This document shows positions 48,884 to 58,774 of a DNA stretch of 64,000 nt, piece after piece. How positions within the stretch are numbered: the stretch's first letter is position 1; each line of letters starts with the position of its first letter. Origin of the DNA: Lysobacterales bacterium (lineage in GTDB: Bacteria; Pseudomonadota; Gammaproteobacteria; Nevskiales; Salinisphaeraceae); assembly GCA_002715985.1 (NCBI GenBank), contig PBAO01000034.1:703-64702 (forward strand), written 5' to 3'. A model generated the notes under the pieces. That model was given only the letters and a program-made list of their open reading frames with translations, was not told where the DNA came from and did not search any database. Made by a program: the position numbers and the translations under genes.

Positions 48884-50679
48884 GTCGAAACACGAGACGT
48901 GTCGGCGGTGCCCTGCAGACGCCACATCCGGGCATACAGCCCGTCTCGGGCCAAGAGCTCAGCGTGCGTGCCGGTTTCGATCACGCGGCCGGCGTCCATG
49001 ACCGCAATCCGGTCGGCATCGACCACCGTCGATAACCGGTGGGCGATAACCAGGGTGGTGTGATCCGCCGCCAGCTCGGACAACGCCTGATTGATCGCCT
49101 GCTCGGCCTGGGTGTCCAGTGACGAGGTGGCCTCGTCGAAGATCAGAACGGCCGGGTTCTTGAGCATGGCCCGGGCGATGGCAATGCGCTGTTTTTCGCC
49201 GCCGGAGAGCTTGAGCCCGCGCTCGCCGACAACCGTGTCATACCCCTCGGGCAGGCGGGCGATGAAGTCATCGAGGTGGGCCAGCCGCGCCACGTTTTCA
49301 ATATCGGCGCGGGTGGCTGTGGTCGGCGCACCGTAGGCGATGTTGTAGGCAATGCTGTCGTTGAAAAGCACCGTGTCCTGTGGGACCACGCCGATGCCCG
49401 CGCGCAGGCTGGCCAGGCTCATGTCGCGGATATCGATACCGTCGATACGAATGGCGCCGTCGTTCACATCGTAAAAACGGAACAGCAGCCGGGCCAGCGT
49501 CGATTTGCCGGCCCCGCTATGGCCGACGACCGCCACTTTTTCGCCGGCCCGAATCGTGAGATTGACGTTGCGCAGGATGGGGCGGTCTGTCTTGTAATCA
49601 AAGGCCACGTCATCAAACACGATGGTCGGGCGCTGTGTGGCCAGGCGCTGCGTGGCCGGCTCGTCGACCACGGCCGGCTCGATCTCCAGGAGAGCGAACA
49701 TGTGGGCGGTGTCGGCCAGGGCTTTTTTCAGCTGACGGTAGACAAAGCCCAGGGCATTCAGTGGCAGGAAGATCTGCAGCATATAGGCGTTGACCATCGT
49801 CAGATCACCCAGGCTCATGGTGCCGGCGACCACGCGATCGGCCGCCAGAATCATCATGGCGGTCACGGCCCCGGCGATCACCAGCGCCTGTAGCGTGTTC
49901 AACAACCCCAGCGAACGCCGGGCGCGGCCCATGGCCATGGCCCAGCCGTCGAGCGCACGGTCATAGCGATCGGCCTCGTAGGCCTCGTTGCCGAAATACT
50001 TGACTGTTTCGTAGTTGAGCAGCGAATCCACGGCCCGGGTGTTGGCGCGCGTATCCAGCCGGTTCGATTCGCGCACGTGCCCGGTGCGCCATTCGGTCAG
50101 CGTGGCGGTCACCAGCACGTAGGCGACGACGCTACCGAGCACGATGACCGCGAACCAGACCGAGTAGTAATAGAACAGAATCCCCGCGACCAGGGCGATC
50201 TCCAGCACTGTGGGCAGGATATTGAACAGCGCAAAGCGCAGCAGGAACCGAATACCGCCCAAGCCGCGTTCGATGTCGCGTGACAGCCCGCCGGTCCGGC
50301 GCGACAGATGAAAATCCAGATCCAGGGCATGCAGATGCTCGAACACCGATAGCGCGATCTGGTGCATCGTGCGCTCGGTCACTCGGCCGAATACCAGATC
50401 CCGGATCTGACCGAACAGAACGGACACCAGACGTAACCCCCCGTAGGCCAGAAGCAGGGCCAGTGGCAACACGAGGGCGGCTGACTGCTCGGAGCGATCC
50501 AGGCTATCCACGATACGCCCCAGGGCGATCGGCAAGAGCACCGAGGCCCCCTTGGCGGCCACAAGAAACCCGAGCGCGATCGAAACGCGTGTGGCGTGCG
50601 CGCGCAGGTAGGGCGTCAGCCCGGCCAGACGTCGCCATTCAGCTCGACGGGCCTGTCGGGCAGCGGTCTTATCCGTCAT
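48880..50679 (-). CDS. ATM1-like ABC transporter, fused permease/ATPase
   Basis: FHLSRRTGGLSRDIERG, DSLLNYETVKYF, GHSGAGKS and LSGGEKQR. Confidence 0.9.
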   Translation of the reverse strand: MTDKTAARQARRAEWRRLAGLTPYLRAHATRVSIALGFLVAAKGASVLLPIALGRIVDSLDRSEQSAALVLPLALLLAYGGLRLVSVLFGQIRDLVFGRVTERTMHQIALSVFEHLHALDLDFHLSRRTGGLSRDIERGLGGIRFLLRFALFNILPTVLEIALVAGILFYYYSVWFAVIVLGSVVAYVLVTATLTEWRTGHVRESNRLDTRANTRAVDSLLNYETVKYFGNEAYEADRYDRALDGWAMAMGRARRSLGLLNTLQALVIAGAVTAMMILAADRVVAGTMSLGDLTMVNAYMLQIFLPLNALGFVYRQLKKALADTAHMFALLEIEPAVVDEPATQRLATQRPTIVFDDVAFDYKTDRPILRNVNLTIRAGEKVAVVGHSGAGKSTLARLLFRFYDVNDGAIRIDGIDIRDMSLASLRAGIGVVPQDTVLFNDSIAYNIAYGAPTTATRADIENVARLAHLDDFIARLPEGYDTVVGERGLKLSGGEKQRIAIARAMLKNPAVLIFDEATSSLDTQAEQAINQALSELAADHTTLVIAHRLSTVVDADRIAVMDAGRVIETGTHAELLARDGLYARMWRLQGTADTSRVST

Positions 50680-50711
50680 CTAGGGGCCGGCCCGGGGCGC
50701 CGACTCGTCGA

Positions 50712-51272
50712 TCACAGATCATCACGCTTGGACAGCGGCTGCTGGGGCACCTTGCGCAGCTTTGAGGTGTCGTAGCCGATGTCTTGTACGCGCTCGACCA
50801 GCGATTGATACGTGGTGTCATCGATTTCGGGCGTACGTGCCATGATCCACACGAAATCCCGCTTGTCGCGGGCGATGATCGTGGTGTCGTAGTCCGGGCT
50901 GACGTAGGAAATCACGTACTGCAGGCGCAGCACATAATAGAAATGCATGGCCCACAGCGCGTTGCTGGGGGCGTCCAGCACGGTTGCCCAGGGGCGCATG
51001 ATCTTTTTCGGGCCGTCGAAGCCGCCTTCGCGATACGTGAATTTGACGTTGATCGTGTCGGCATCGTCGCCTCGCGTGTAGCGCTCGATCTCGTTGTAGG
51101 CGTTCTTCGTCTTCGACGGCGGAATATGGGCGATGACATACCAGTTGCCCATGAACCGATCGAGATCGACATCATCCGCGGTGGGAAAGCCCTTGGGCGG
51201 GGCCAGGCTACAGCCCGACACCATGACGATCAGGCCGATGAGGGCCAGGCGGATAATCACAGCACGCGACAT
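50712..51272 (-). CDS. Lipocalin lipoprotein (Blc-like)
   Basis: Lipobox VSGC; VDLDRFMGNWYVIA and WIMARTP. Confidence 0.85.
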   Translation of the reverse strand: MSRAVIIRLALIGLIVMVSGCSLAPPKGFPTADDVDLDRFMGNWYVIAHIPPSKTKNAYNEIERYTRGDDADTINVKFTYREGGFDGPKKIMRPWATVLDAPSNALWAMHFYYVLRLQYVISYVSPDYDTTIIARDKRDFVWIMARTPEIDDTTYQSLVERVQDIGYDTSKLRKVPQQPLSKRDDL

Positions 51273-51322
51273 GATCGATCTCGATAGCGAACAGATAAGC
51301 ACAGCCAGAGTACGCCGACCGG

Positions 51323-52786
51323 TCAGTCCCAGATGCCGGGTTCGACCTGTTCTGGGTTTTTCAGCACGCGTTTATTGAACACAGGCCGCATCGTGCCCCC
51401 GGCGCGTTGACGCTCATAGTCGCGAAGCACTCGCAGTGCGATCGGGAACAACAAAAGAATAGCCACCAGGTTGGTCGTGGCCATCAGGCCCATCGCCAGA
51501 TCGGCGAAATGCCAGACGAAATCCAGGCTGGCCACCGACCCGATCGCCACCATCGCCAGAATGAAGGGCCGCAGGATCGCGATTGCTCGGCGGCCGTGAC
51601 GCTGGAACAGGTATTCGACGTTGATTTCGGTATAGGCAAAGTTCGCCAGAATCGAGCTATAGGCAAAGAACAGGATCGCCACGCCGATGAAATACTGACC
51701 GAACAGCCCCAGATGATCGAACATGGCATCCTGGGTCAGCTGGATGCCCTGCAGCGATGCGCCCTGGGCGTGGGCGTCCAGCATCTGGTCGTATACGCCG
51801 GACAACAGAATGACCACGGCCGTACAGGTACAGATGATCAGCGTATCGATAACCACACCAAAGGCCTGGACGAGGCCCTGGGTGGCCGGGTGCTTGACCT
51901 CGGCCGTGGCCGCGGCGTTGGGCGTCGAGCCCATGCCGGCCTCATTGGAGAACAGCCCGCGCTGTACGCCGTTGCGCAGGGCAGCGGTCACGGCATAGCC
52001 GGCCGCGCCGCCGGCCACCGGGCCGTAGCCGAAGGCGGACTTCACGATCAGGGCCAGCATGGCCGGGACTTCCGAGGCGTTGGCCAGCATGATCCACAGG
52101 GCCACCAGCAGATAGCCTACCGCCATGATCGGCACGATCAGCTCGGCCGTACGGGCGATCGATTTCAGCCCGCCATAGACCACCAGCCCCGCCAGTACGA
52201 CGAGCCCGATCGCCGTGACCCAGTTGGGAATGCCGAAGCCGCCGTCCAGCCCCTGGGCGATGGTATTGGCCTGGGCGCCGCAGAAGGCAAAGCCGTAGGC
52301 GATGATCAGAAACACCGCGAATACGATGCTCATCCAGCGTGCACCCAGGGCCCGCTCGATGTAATACGCCGGCCCGCCTCGATACACGCCGTCGCCGTGC
52401 TTGACCTTATAGACCTGGCCCAGGGTGCACTCGATGAAGGTCGTGGTGATACCCACGAGCGCTGTCATCCACATCCAGAAGATCGCGCCCGGGCCGCCCA
52501 CGAATAGCGCCAGCGCCACGCCGGCCAGATTGCCCGTGCCGATTCGTGCCGCCAGAGAGGTGGCCAGCGCCTGGAACGAGCTGACCCCCTTGCCGGTTTC
52601 GCCGACCTTGGCAAAGACCAGCCGGGCCATGTGGCCGAACAGCCGAAACTGCAGAAAACGCGTGGCCACGGTGAAGATGAGGCCTGCGCCAAGGAGCAGA
52701 TAAGTGAGAATGTAGCCCCAGACGAAATCGGTCACCGGATTAGTGACCGCGTATACGGCCTGTTCGAGCGTTTCTAGCCACGCCAT
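51323..52786 (-). CDS. Alanine/glycine:cation symporter (AGCS)
   Basis: RIGTGNLAGVA, GGPGAIFWMW, RGGPAYY and RGLFSNEAGMGS. Confidence 0.93.
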   Translation of the reverse strand: MAWLETLEQAVYAVTNPVTDFVWGYILTYLLLGAGLIFTVATRFLQFRLFGHMARLVFAKVGETGKGVSSFQALATSLAARIGTGNLAGVALALFVGGPGAIFWMWMTALVGITTTFIECTLGQVYKVKHGDGVYRGGPAYYIERALGARWMSIVFAVFLIIAYGFAFCGAQANTIAQGLDGGFGIPNWVTAIGLVVLAGLVVYGGLKSIARTAELIVPIMAVGYLLVALWIMLANASEVPAMLALIVKSAFGYGPVAGGAAGYAVTAALRNGVQRGLFSNEAGMGSTPNAAATAEVKHPATQGLVQAFGVVIDTLIICTCTAVVILLSGVYDQMLDAHAQGASLQGIQLTQDAMFDHLGLFGQYFIGVAILFFAYSSILANFAYTEINVEYLFQRHGRRAIAILRPFILAMVAIGSVASLDFVWHFADLAMGLMATTNLVAILLLFPIALRVLRDYERQRAGGTMRPVFNKRVLKNPEQVEPGIWD

Positions 52787-52896
52787 CGATTCATGCACTC
52801 CCTTGGTCGCCCCGCCGCGGCCATCCGTGTGGCCCGGCATTGTGACCAACAGCTTACATGCTTGACGCCGGCTACGCCCGGCAAGCCGGCGTCGCC

Positions 52897-53037
52897 GGCC
52901 AAGCCCCGACAATCCTGCGCCATAGTTGATTTTCAGGGGGTCGCGCACGTGGAACGACCACGCGAGGCTCGGGATGCCTGGTCTTGCCGCGGCCTGGCCG
53001 CCGATGTGCCGCCTTGTCTTGTGACGACACGCCCTAG
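52897..53037 (-). mobile_element. Partial copy of the MITE
   Basis: Reverse complement of about the first 140 nt of 42517-42779, including CGACAATCCTGCGCCATAGTTGATTTT and the end GACGACACGCCCTAG. Confidence 0.8.
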
Positions 53038-55163
53038 AACACGTGCATGAACACCAGCGGCGCAAAGGCGACCAACAACAGCGATGTACCCATCACCGCG
53101 ATCGGCAGCAGCAGGGCCTCGTGGCGGCGCCAGAAGCTGGGATCGTTCTTGACCTCTTCGCGTGCCTTTTCGAATTCGGCCTCGCCGACGACCTGTCGTG
53201 TCAGCAGCTGGTTGAGCGCGACCGGGGGGGACAGATAGCCCAGCTCGAAAGCCACCAGCACCATCATCCAGAAATGTACCGGATTGACGTTGTTGTGATA
53301 GGCGACCGGTGCAATCGTGGCACTGACCAGGATGATCGCTCCATAGGGGTCCATGATCATGCCGATGATGACCAGCATGATCGTGAGCGCGGCCACGGTC
53401 ATCCAGATGTTGCCCAGCTCGCTCGGGAACAGCTCCATCACGCCGGAGCGCTCCATCACGCCGCCGAAGATGATCGAGCCGACCATCAACATCAGCAGCG
53501 CACCGATGAGCGTAGCGGTTTCGGCGGTCGAGGCGCGCAGTGCGTTGCCGAAGCCGGCCGGCTTGTACTCGGGTGCCTTGGCCTGGCCGCGATCGGCGGA
53601 TTTGATCTGGGCCTCGTAGAGCCGATTGGCCCGCCATCGATCGTAGACCAGGAGCACCAGAAGCAGCAGCGGCAGAATCACCGGCGCCGAAAATTCGTTG
53701 AAGCTCTGACCGATCAGGCGCGTATAGATCAGGATGACCGCGATGGCCAGAAGCACATACGGCACGATCGGTATGGCAGCCCGCAACGTGTTGGGCAGCG
53801 CATCATCCGGGGTGGCCAGGTGCGGGCGGGTCTTGCGCGTGAGATAGATGAACACACAGAACAGAGCCGCGGACAGCGCAAAGACATACAGCCCCCAGCC
53901 GAACAGTTGATCGGTGGTGACCTGTCGGTTGAGCGCGGCAATGATCACGACCATCAGACACGGGTTGAGCACCACGCCCATGCTGCCCGACATGGCCGTG
54001 GAGGCGATGGCCAGCTGGCGATACGTGCCGGCGATACGCAGTTCCTGATAGATCACCGCGCCGATGGCCAGTACGAAGATGCCCGAGGCGCCGGTATAGG
54101 CTGTCGGCCACGCCGAGGCCAGCACCACGATGATGACCACGAACTCGGGCCGCATTTCCCATGAACGGAACAGCCCGAAGAGCAGCTCGGCGATACGGGT
54201 GTGCTTGAGCATCATGCCCACCCACACGAACAGCCCGATGCCGGTATAAAGATCGGCAAAGCGGATCATCTTGGTCAGCTGCACGACCGGGCCGGCCAGA
54301 TAATTCTCGGACAGAAAGAAATAGCCCAGCGCTATGAAAGCCAGGCCACAGTACAACGGCATGGCCAGCCCCGCCTTGAGCGGCGAGTTGGCCTCGGTAT
54401 GGGTCGGAACGCGCACGAGCCGGTACAGACTGGCCGCGGCCAGCGCGAGAAAACCCAGCAGCCAGATATAGTTGAGCGTGATGTCGCCACCGACATCGAT
54501 ACGAATCCAGGCGATCGCGCTGGCGGCCATCGCCAGGTGCACCACGAGCTGGCTGCCGGCCGAGACTCGATAATCGGTCGCACTCTTGGGCGGGCGCAGC
54601 GAAATCTGTTCGTTCTTGATCAGCGCGATCATCCCGCCGAACATGATCAACAAAACCAGAATATAAGGCTGCCAGGCCTGGCCGATGGCATTGAGCTTGC
54701 CGGCCGAGAGTTCGACGGCTCGAAACGCGCGCAGTGTGGCGGTGCCTGTCTGTTCGCGGTTGTACGCGTAGATGTCGAAGTTTTCGCGGCATTGATCGCG
54801 CTGGCTGACCAGCGATCGACGGATGGCGTCGGGATCGGCCGGGCCGGTATCGAACAGGCTGTCGCTATCAACCTTTTGATTGGCCATGCGCCGCTGGACT
54901 TCGGCATCGATGTCCATGTTCGGATCGCACGAGGGCTGGCTCATATCGAAGCGCAGCATGTTGTAGTCGTGCCAGATGCTGCCCCCTAGGCTGAGCAACT
55001 GCCCGTGAATGAAGGCACTCGTGCCGAAGGCGATTGCCAGCAGAAGCAGCACTGCCACGGGGGCGGTGATCAGCCAGTCGCGCCAGGCCGGGAACGAGAC
55101 CGGCTTGTCGCCGGCGTGTGGATCCGAGGCCGAGGGCGTCGCCGATCGGGATTGATCAACCAT
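53034..55163 (-). CDS. Long TRAP-type large permease (DctM domain with N-terminal extension)
   Basis: TAYTGASGIFV, MDPYGA and FELGYLSPPVALN; periplasmic loop with two Cys; RBS GGGAG before 55163. Confidence 0.8.
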   Translation of the reverse strand: MVDQSRSATPSASDPHAGDKPVSFPAWRDWLITAPVAVLLLLAIAFGTSAFIHGQLLSLGGSIWHDYNMLRFDMSQPSCDPNMDIDAEVQRRMANQKVDSDSLFDTGPADPDAIRRSLVSQRDQCRENFDIYAYNREQTGTATLRAFRAVELSAGKLNAIGQAWQPYILVLLIMFGGMIALIKNEQISLRPPKSATDYRVSAGSQLVVHLAMAASAIAWIRIDVGGDITLNYIWLLGFLALAAASLYRLVRVPTHTEANSPLKAGLAMPLYCGLAFIALGYFFLSENYLAGPVVQLTKMIRFADLYTGIGLFVWVGMMLKHTRIAELLFGLFRSWEMRPEFVVIIVVLASAWPTAYTGASGIFVLAIGAVIYQELRIAGTYRQLAIASTAMSGSMGVVLNPCLMVVIIAALNRQVTTDQLFGWGLYVFALSAALFCVFIYLTRKTRPHLATPDDALPNTLRAAIPIVPYVLLAIAVILIYTRLIGQSFNEFSAPVILPLLLLVLLVYDRWRANRLYEAQIKSADRGQAKAPEYKPAGFGNALRASTAETATLIGALLMLMVGSIIFGGVMERSGVMELFPSELGNIWMTVAALTIMLVIIGMIMDPYGAIILVSATIAPVAYHNNVNPVHFWMMVLVAFELGYLSPPVALNQLLTRQVVGEAEFEKAREEVKNDPSFWRRHEALLLPIAVMGTSLLLVAFAPLVFMHVF

Positions 55164-55455
55164 GCGAACTCCCGACAAGGGCTGTACGCCACGTGGTCCG
55201 GGCCGGGGCGGGGCCGACGGCCGAGCCGGGCGCTACCGGCGCATGCGGCATGCGCCGGCTCGACGCCGCTGTGCGTCTTCGAGCGATCGATTCGTGCAAG
55301 GCCCTCTCCTCGTATTGTGACGATTCCACCATCGCGGGAATCGATAACGCATCGCGTCGGCCAGCCGATGAGCGTGCTTTTTTTAAAAATATATCTTTTA
55401 GAACGCGCGACGCCAAGCCCGCAGCACACCCGGTTGTGCATGAGACAATGCAGTC

Positions 55456-56688
55456 ATGAGTGAACACGTTTCTAGACGACACGCTTGCGCGGCCGGGGAC
55501 GACGACGTCGTCGTGCTTGGGGGCGGGGCAGCCGGCCTGATGTGTGCGGCTGTCGCCGGGGCCCGCGGGCGCCGCGTTCGGGTGCTGGAAAAGACCCGGC
55601 GCTGTGGCAAGAAGATCCTCATGTCCGGGGGCGGGCGCTGTAACTTCACCAATCTTTACTGTTCGCCGGATAACTTTCTCTCGGCCAATCCGCACTATTG
55701 CAAGTCGGCCCTGTCGCGCTATACGCCGGCCGATTTCATCGCGCTGGTGGAGGCCCATCACATCGCCTATCACGAAAAAGAGCGAGGCCAGCTGTTCTGT
55801 GACCACAGCGCCAAGGCCATCGTGGCGATGCTGTTGGATGAGTGCGCGGCTGCCGGGGTGGCCATCGATAACGAGATCGAGATCGAGCGCGTCGTGCCGG
55901 ACGCCGAACACGGTTTTATCGTTCACACCGCCCAGGGCGACTATCGCGCGGCCTCGGTGGTCGTGGCCACCGGGGGGCTGCCGATTCCGAAGATGGGCGC
56001 ATCGGATTTCGGCCTGTCTGTTGCCCGAGGCTTCGATCTGCCGATTCGCGACACGCGGGCAGCCCTGGTGCCGTTCACGCTCGGCGGCGCGGCTCGCACG
56101 GCCTGCCAGGATCTGTCGGGTCTGGCCGCCACGGTCGAGGCCCGCTGTAATGAGGCGGTCTTCGATGCCGGTCTGCTGTTCACCCATCGCGGATTGTCCG
56201 GGCCGGCCATGCTGCAGGTCTCGTCGTACTGGCAGGCCGGCCAGGCCGTGACCGTCGACTGGCTGCCCGATGACGATATCGATACCTGGCTGGCCGGGCG
56301 TGCCGATGAGCGGCCGAACGCGCGCTTGTCGTCCGTGCTTGCCGAGCGCCTGCCCAAGCGCCTGGCACAACGGCTGTGCGCACAGATCAGCGCCAATCAA
56401 TCGATCAGCGATTGCCGCATGAAACAGCTCGACGATCGGGCCCGCGCACACTGGGCCCGCGAACTCGCAACGTGGCAGATCACCCCCGAAGGCACCGAAG
56501 GCTACAAGACCGCCGAAGTGATGCTCGGCGGGGTCGATGCTCAGGCCCTGGATTCAGCCACGATGGCTGCGCGCGACGTGCCGGGGCTGTATTTCATCGG
56601 TGAGGTGGTCGATGTCACGGGGCATCTGGGCGGGCACAACTTTCAGTGGGCCTGGGCCTCCGGCCACGCGGCAGGTACAGTCGCCTGA
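55456..56688 (+). CDS. HI0933/YhiN-family flavoprotein
   Basis: GGGAAG, GKKILMSGGGRCNFTN, LFTHRGLSGP and GGHNFQWAWASG. Confidence 0.92.
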   Translation: MSEHVSRRHACAAGDDDVVVLGGGAAGLMCAAVAGARGRRVRVLEKTRRCGKKILMSGGGRCNFTNLYCSPDNFLSANPHYCKSALSRYTPADFIALVEAHHIAYHEKERGQLFCDHSAKAIVAMLLDECAAAGVAIDNEIEIERVVPDAEHGFIVHTAQGDYRAASVVVATGGLPIPKMGASDFGLSVARGFDLPIRDTRAALVPFTLGGAARTACQDLSGLAATVEARCNEAVFDAGLLFTHRGLSGPAMLQVSSYWQAGQAVTVDWLPDDDIDTWLAGRADERPNARLSSVLAERLPKRLAQRLCAQISANQSISDCRMKQLDDRARAHWARELATWQITPEGTEGYKTAEVMLGGVDAQALDSATMAARDVPGLYFIGEVVDVTGHLGGHNFQWAWASGHAAGTVA

Positions 56689-56718
56689 GACTTTGCTCGA
56701 TGTGATGGGATCGGCGTC

Positions 56719-56916
56719 ATGCGTGTTCTTTTTCTGTTGTGTGTTCTGTGTCTGGTGACCGGTTTCGCGGGTTGCAGCGGTGCGCGCAGTGCCGCCGGCT
56801 CGGTACCGGCCGCCGCGGCCGCCGGCTCGGGTGGGTATGACAGTCAGCGACGCTCGGACGATGACACCTCGAGCGACGAAACGCGTGCCGGCACGGTGGA
56901 AAAAGACGACCCGTAA
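56719..56916 (+). CDS. Small putative lipoprotein
   Basis: Hydrophobic leader and lipobox FAGC; low-complexity acidic mature part; 65 aa. Confidence 0.5.
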   Translation: MRVLFLLCVLCLVTGFAGCSGARSAAGSVPAAAAAGSGGYDSQRRSDDDTSSDETRAGTVEKDDP

Positions 56917-56965
56917 ACGCGTGATGCCGTAGGCTGATCGACGACTCTCTTATCGTTGGCGCCTC

Positions 56966-58297
56966 ATGGCTTATCGACTGTTGTTACTCGTTGTTCCTGC
57001 CAGCCTGTGGCTGGCCGCGTGTGCTACCGATGGCGCTGCGGCCGGCCAATCGTCCGCGGCCAATACCGGCACGGCCAGCCCCACGGACGTGCCGGCTGCC
57101 TCGTCGGCCTCGGGGGGACGTCAGGCTCGCCCGGCACCGCGTGAGGCCGCGCCGAACAGCACCCCGCACGTACGTGGCTTCAATCGCTGGCTGGCCGATT
57201 TCCGGCGCGAGGCTGCTGCTCGCGGCGTCGCCGCGGGCACGCTGGCCAACGCCTTTGACAGTGCCGAACTCATCCCGCGCGTGATCGAGCTGGACAATCG
57301 CCAGCCGGAATTCAATCGTGCGATCTGGGATTATCTGGACACAGCGGTCTCGCAAACCCGGGTCACTCACGGGCGTGAGAAATACGCCGCCCATAAGGAT
57401 GTGGCGGCCACTACCCGGGACCGTTACGGCGTGCCCGGCACGATCATCACGGCTATCTGGGGCATGGAGTCCAATTACGGGGCCAACTACGGCAACTACG
57501 AAACGCTCGATGCCCTGGCCACGCTGGGCTATGACGGGCGTCGCGAGTCGTTTGCCAAGGAACAGCTCTATGCTGCGCTCAAGATCCTGGCCAATGGCGA
57601 TATCCCGCGCGATCGCATGGAGGGCTCCTGGGCCGGAGCCATGGGCAACACCCAGTTCATTCCCACCAGTTTTGTGGCCTACGCGGTCGATGCCGACGGC
57701 GACGGGCGGCGCGATATCTGGGACAGCATTCCGGACACGATGGCCTCGACCGCGAATTACCTGGCCGAAAACGGCTGGCGTGCGGGCGAGACCTGGGGCC
57801 GCAAAGTGCGCCTGCCGGCCGGGTTCGACTATGGCATGGCCGATGGCAACACCGAGAAGACCAGTGCCCAGTGGCAGGCCATGGGGGTTTCCGCGATCGA
57901 CGAGCGCGGCCTGCCCGAACTGCGCGATGCCGGCATCATCGCCCCGGCCGGCGCCTCGGGCCCCGCGTTCATGACCGGGCACAACTTCCGCACGATCCTG
58001 CGCTACAACAACGCGGTGAGTTATGCCCTGGGTGTGGCTCTCCTGTCCGATCGCATCGCCGGCGAGCCCGGGATCCAGGCCGACTGGCCGCGCGATCAGG
58101 CCACGCTGACCAACAGCGATACCCGGGCCCTGCAGCGCGATCTCAACCGCCTGGGCTACGGCGCCGGCACGCCCGATGGCATCCTGGGGCCCAATACCAA
58201 AAACGCTGTTCGTGCCTTCCAACGCGACCACGGTCTGGCTGCAGACGGCTTCGTGACCCAGGATCTGGCGGCTCGGGTGTCTTCGGCTTCGAACTGA
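56966..58297 (+). CDS. Lytic murein transglycosylase (MltB-like) with peptidoglycan-binding domain
   Basis: Lipobox LAAC; AIWGMESNYG, GSWAGAMG.TQF, ILRYN and DGILGPNT...VRAFQ. Confidence 0.92.
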   Translation: MAYRLLLLVVPASLWLAACATDGAAAGQSSAANTGTASPTDVPAASSASGGRQARPAPREAAPNSTPHVRGFNRWLADFRREAAARGVAAGTLANAFDSAELIPRVIELDNRQPEFNRAIWDYLDTAVSQTRVTHGREKYAAHKDVAATTRDRYGVPGTIITAIWGMESNYGANYGNYETLDALATLGYDGRRESFAKEQLYAALKILANGDIPRDRMEGSWAGAMGNTQFIPTSFVAYAVDADGDGRRDIWDSIPDTMASTANYLAENGWRAGETWGRKVRLPAGFDYGMADGNTEKTSAQWQAMGVSAIDERGLPELRDAGIIAPAGASGPAFMTGHNFRTILRYNNAVSYALGVALLSDRIAGEPGIQADWPRDQATLTNSDTRALQRDLNRLGYGAGTPDGILGPNTKNAVRAFQRDHGLAADGFVTQDLAARVSSASN

Positions 58298-58303
58298 ATT
58301 TGT

Positions 58304-58332
58304 ATCCGCGGATGGACGCAGATTACGCAGAT
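58304..58332. repeat. CGCAGAT-periodic repeat, left arm
   Basis: ATCCGCGGATGGACGCAGATTACGCAGAT, similar to the 31053 arm; degenerate inverted partner at 58734-58763. Confidence 0.6.
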
Positions 58333-58423
58333 GTGGATTGGGCGCTCGCAGGTGGCTTGCGGCTGAGTGCACATCCCGTGGTCGTCCCAGTTTCGGGTTT
58401 GATTTGAAGACGAATCAATGAGC

Positions 58424-58455
58424 AAAAAAATGGCGCCAGCTTCGTGGCGCCATTT
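58424..58455 (-). terminator. Terminator hairpin between convergent genes
   Basis: A7 then TGGCGCCA-GCTTCG-TGGCGCCATTT. Confidence 0.65.
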
Positions 58456-58530
58456 CATGTCAGGTCTTTTTTAATTCATCATCCAAGCAACGCGAACCGC
58501 AGAGCGCTCATCCAGCCGCATAACCGGCAG

Positions 58531-58720
58531 CCAGGGCGTGTCGTCATAGGATAAGTCGGCGCGCCGGCGGCCAAGCCGCGGCCCTTCGGGTTGTCCGCGC
58601 CGGACGCGCCATGCCGCGTTGCAAGCCATGGCCGTGGCTGGTCACGCTCGGCGGCTCGCGTCTTGTCTGACATGCCCGGTGCGGGCAATGCGACGGCATA
58701 TCTCTTCACGACACGTCCAA
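58531..58720. mobile_element. Divergent copy of the MITE
   Basis: Left end CCAGGGCGTGTCGTCATAGGATAAG; internal GCGCCGGACGCGCCATGC; right end GCGGGCAATGCGACGGCATATCTCTTCACGACACGTCC. Confidence 0.75.
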
Positions 58721-58774
58721 AGGCCGAGCCCGCATCCGTGTCTGTCTGTGTCCATCGTCGGATCAAAAAGAACC

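Noticed and set aside
52787-53065. N-terminal extension of the AGCS symporter in the ORF track
   Set aside because: It runs through the MITE copy; the protein-like sequence begins near 52786.
55375-55403. AT-rich tract between divergent genes as a specific operator
   Set aside because: Only an imperfect palindrome; probably promoter DNA, and no regulator can be assigned.
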